Source: Camelus dromedarius (Eukaryota). Taken from it: 64,000 nucleotides of DNA. This document shows positions 61,331 to 64,000 of this stretch, in pieces (the first letter of the stretch is position 1; each line of letters opens with the position of its first letter). The DNA is taken from contig NC_087436.1 in the NCBI RefSeq assembly GCF_036321535.1, positions 14,198,001 through 14,262,000 on the forward strand, given 5' to 3'. The notes beneath the pieces are model-generated. The model ran no database searches. It saw only the letters and a list, made by a program, of their open reading frames with translations, and was not told the origin of the DNA. A program made the translations under genes and the position numbers.

Positions 61331-63584
61331 CTAGTTAACTTCCACTGGCTCTATGGCTAAATTGCATGACCACTCTGCCCTTCACTGGCTTGAATGTCTT
61401 GAGCTAGTTATTTTCCCTCTTTCTGCTTAGTTTTTCCACCTATAAATAGGAATAATAATCTCCACACACACAAAAATATATAAAAAACTAATATCTTTGG
61501 GGTGCTTATTATTTTGGCCAAATTAGAAGAGGGATGGCCAGAAGCAAACATACTAAAAGCAATAAGAAATGAAAAAAATTAGAGCAAAAATGAACAGTAA
61601 TGTGTAGTCATTTAACGTGAAGACGAATATCCTTCAATAGCCTCAGGGCATACTTTTAAATAACAGTGATTAAACACAGTCAAAGTTATAATACTGTCCT
61701 TATATCCCTTAATTTTTACATCTACTTTGTAGATGGTGTTAAAGTAAAACTTTCCATAAGAGCTTATCTAATAGGGCTCATTACCACCGGAAAGAGAAGT
61801 ATATTAAGTTTTCAAAATACAACCCTTCACTTCAGGGTTGTCAGTCTGAACTGAGTCCATATCAATAAAGTTAGTGATAGTTGGTTACTTTACGGCTTAT
61901 ATAAAACCTCAAGAGAACAGGTGTCCACATCTGAAAAGTTTTAACCACAACCGACTCCCTTGTTGGTGCCACTCTGGAGAAGTGCTGAATGGGCTGTTTT
62001 ACGATTTTCTATACACGAAGCACCAGAGGGCAAGGAAATACTTGTACAATGCATAATAGGGAGCATTAAAAGGCCACCCGGACATTTGCCTAAATCGCCA
62101 CTTTCTGGGCTGATCAAATAGCCAACCCTTGCCCTAAAAGTCAATAAATTCTGGTTTTGACAGAAAAAAAATCAGCTACTGAGAAACCTTAATCTGGGAT
62201 TTTTTTGAATGTCATCCCTCAGTGGGCAATGTTTTACAGTTACAACTAGTCCATGTCTCAGCTACTTCATAAACAGCACAGAAAATTCAATCACCAAGCT
62301 AAGCTAAGCTCAATAAAATCATAACTGTAATTTCAATAAAACAGAATAAATTATGGGGTGAGGTTGGTTATTATTGTTGGATTTTAAAGTACACACAGTT
62401 GTCTAAAAGTTTCCTGACAACCAGCTACTGAGTACATATAGACTGGTTTATAATTTTGTTCAAAAGTTTCAAACAGATCAATTATATTGGATAAATTGAG
62501 ATTTTGTATCACATTGTACATTGAGTGATTCCTCACTGCAATATGTGAAAATTATTTTTATAATTCGATGTGAAAATCTGAGATTAGTCTAGTTCAAGCT
62601 TGAGGCCTAACGATCAAAAGCAGAACATAGGGGGCCCATGGGTTTTCATTTTGGCTTTAAAACTGGTTCCTAGTGAGCAAACCATTTAACCTCTAGAGGC
62701 TTACTTTTCTCCTTTGCAGATTAAATATACAATGTTTTGTGTATGAACAGTCACATCTAATATATTTGCCCTTCTTTAACATGGGTTAATATTTTTAAAA
62801 GCGTGTAAGAAATGAAGGCTGAAGAGAAAGACATTATATGCTTCAAATGAAATATATTTTATATTTTAAAATATACTAAGCTGAAATATATTTTAGTTGC
62901 TAAAATAAGTGGACAAAGTAGAGAGACAAAAACTAGATTCACACAGTTCTTAACTGGGAAGTGGTAGGAGATACTTTTGGAACAAAAGAAGTTTCATCTT
63001 CAAAGACACAAATATTAAAATAATCTTAAAGACTAGAAAATACAAATGCTTAAAATGATTAGAGAGATCAAAGAAAGTATTCATTATGAACAAATTAGGA
63101 TATTATGAATAAGGAATAAACAAATTTGGAAAAGAACCAAATAAAGTTTATAGAAATGAAAAATATACATAATAAATCCTTTGAAAAATATAGGCAATGC
63201 CCATGGAAGGATTTAAATAAAGACTGGAGAACCAATTACTGGGAATGTTACTGAATTCCTACTGAAGTATATCTTATTGAGAGATTGCTTCAAAGTTATT
63301 GAAGGAAACGATATTGATAGATTTCTTCTGTTTCTTTTTTGCCAACTTCTGATTTTAATATTATGTTAGTAAACACTTCCAACAATAAAGAAAAGTTAAA
63401 AACCGAGTCCAAAACCTAAATAAGGTACAAGCTCCATATCTCCTACCAGACAACCACAGCTATTTGTCTTGACCTTCCTTTCCAAGTCACCAAGAATCTC
63501 ATATGTTAATGATACTAAACAGAAAATTATAAACACAGCATAGGACAGAAACATCTCTTCTTGTGCAGAAATCAAAAGTTAACT

Positions 63585-64000
63585 TTCCATAAAAAAGCAA
63601 TCCCTTAAAATTGCATTAAAAATAAATAAAATACCTAGGAACAAACCTAACCAAGGAGATCAAAGACCTATCTGCTGAGAACTATAAAACACTGATAAAG
63701 GAAGCTGAAGGTGATTCAAAGAAATTGAAAGATATCGCATGCTCTTGGACTAGAAGAATTACTGTTGTTAAAATGGCAATATTACCCAAAGCAATTTGCA
63801 GATTTAATGTGATCCCTATCAAATTACCAATGACATTTTCCACAGAACTAGAAGACGAAATCCTAAAATTTATATTGAATCGCAAAAGACCCAGAATTGC
63901 CAAAACAATCCTGAGGGGAAAAAAAAACACAAAGCTGGAGGGATAGCCGTCCCAGACTTTAGACAATACTGCAAAGCTACAGTAACCAAAACAGCATGGG
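63585..64000 (+). mobile_element. L1 ORF2 fragment, frameshifted and running off the window
   Basis: [14 protein letters not shown]...[47 protein letters not shown]...[10 protein letters not shown] is typical L1 ORF2p. Confidence 0.9.

Noticed and set aside
1..64000. CRISPR array, prokaryotic operon, or obviously foreign or engineered insert
   Set aside because: There are no regularly spaced repeats with spacers. The composition and repeat content fit native mammalian DNA throughout, as far as I can judge by eye.

Overview
Mammalian genomic DNA, most likely a camelid. That call is an inference from five tRNA-Ala(AGC)-derived SINEs of Vic-1 type and a camelid-type L1 3' end. The window holds the ARFIP1-FHDC1 junction, with both genes on the minus strand. 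ARFIP1 (arfaptin-1) contributes its last two coding exons (59103-59277 and 33807-33962, separated by a 25.1-kb intron) and its 3'UTR. FHDC1 (inverted formin INF1) contributes a CpG-island promoter (~17.3-19.5 kb) with two candidate non-coding first exons, and three coding exons (12297-12785, 2802-2863, 2035-2137) that splice in frame and continue beyond position 1. The rest is ordinary intron or intergenic DNA rich in old transposons (L1, L2, MIR, MER/Tigger, ERV LTRs). I see no CRISPR array, no true RNA gene and no clearly novel multi-gene system. The best second-look items are: an ATF4-like three-uORF leader in FHDC1 that an internal splice acceptor could bypass; a triple-nested transposon that keeps an open Tigger HTH ORF; several compact motif clusters upstream of FHDC1 (AGGTCA array, RFX X-box, GATA/AP-1/CACCC, CTCF, Z-DNA tract); and a candidate cryptic terminal or poison exon in ARFIP1. 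Repeat family names and human comparisons come from recalled consensus sequences, not from database searches.
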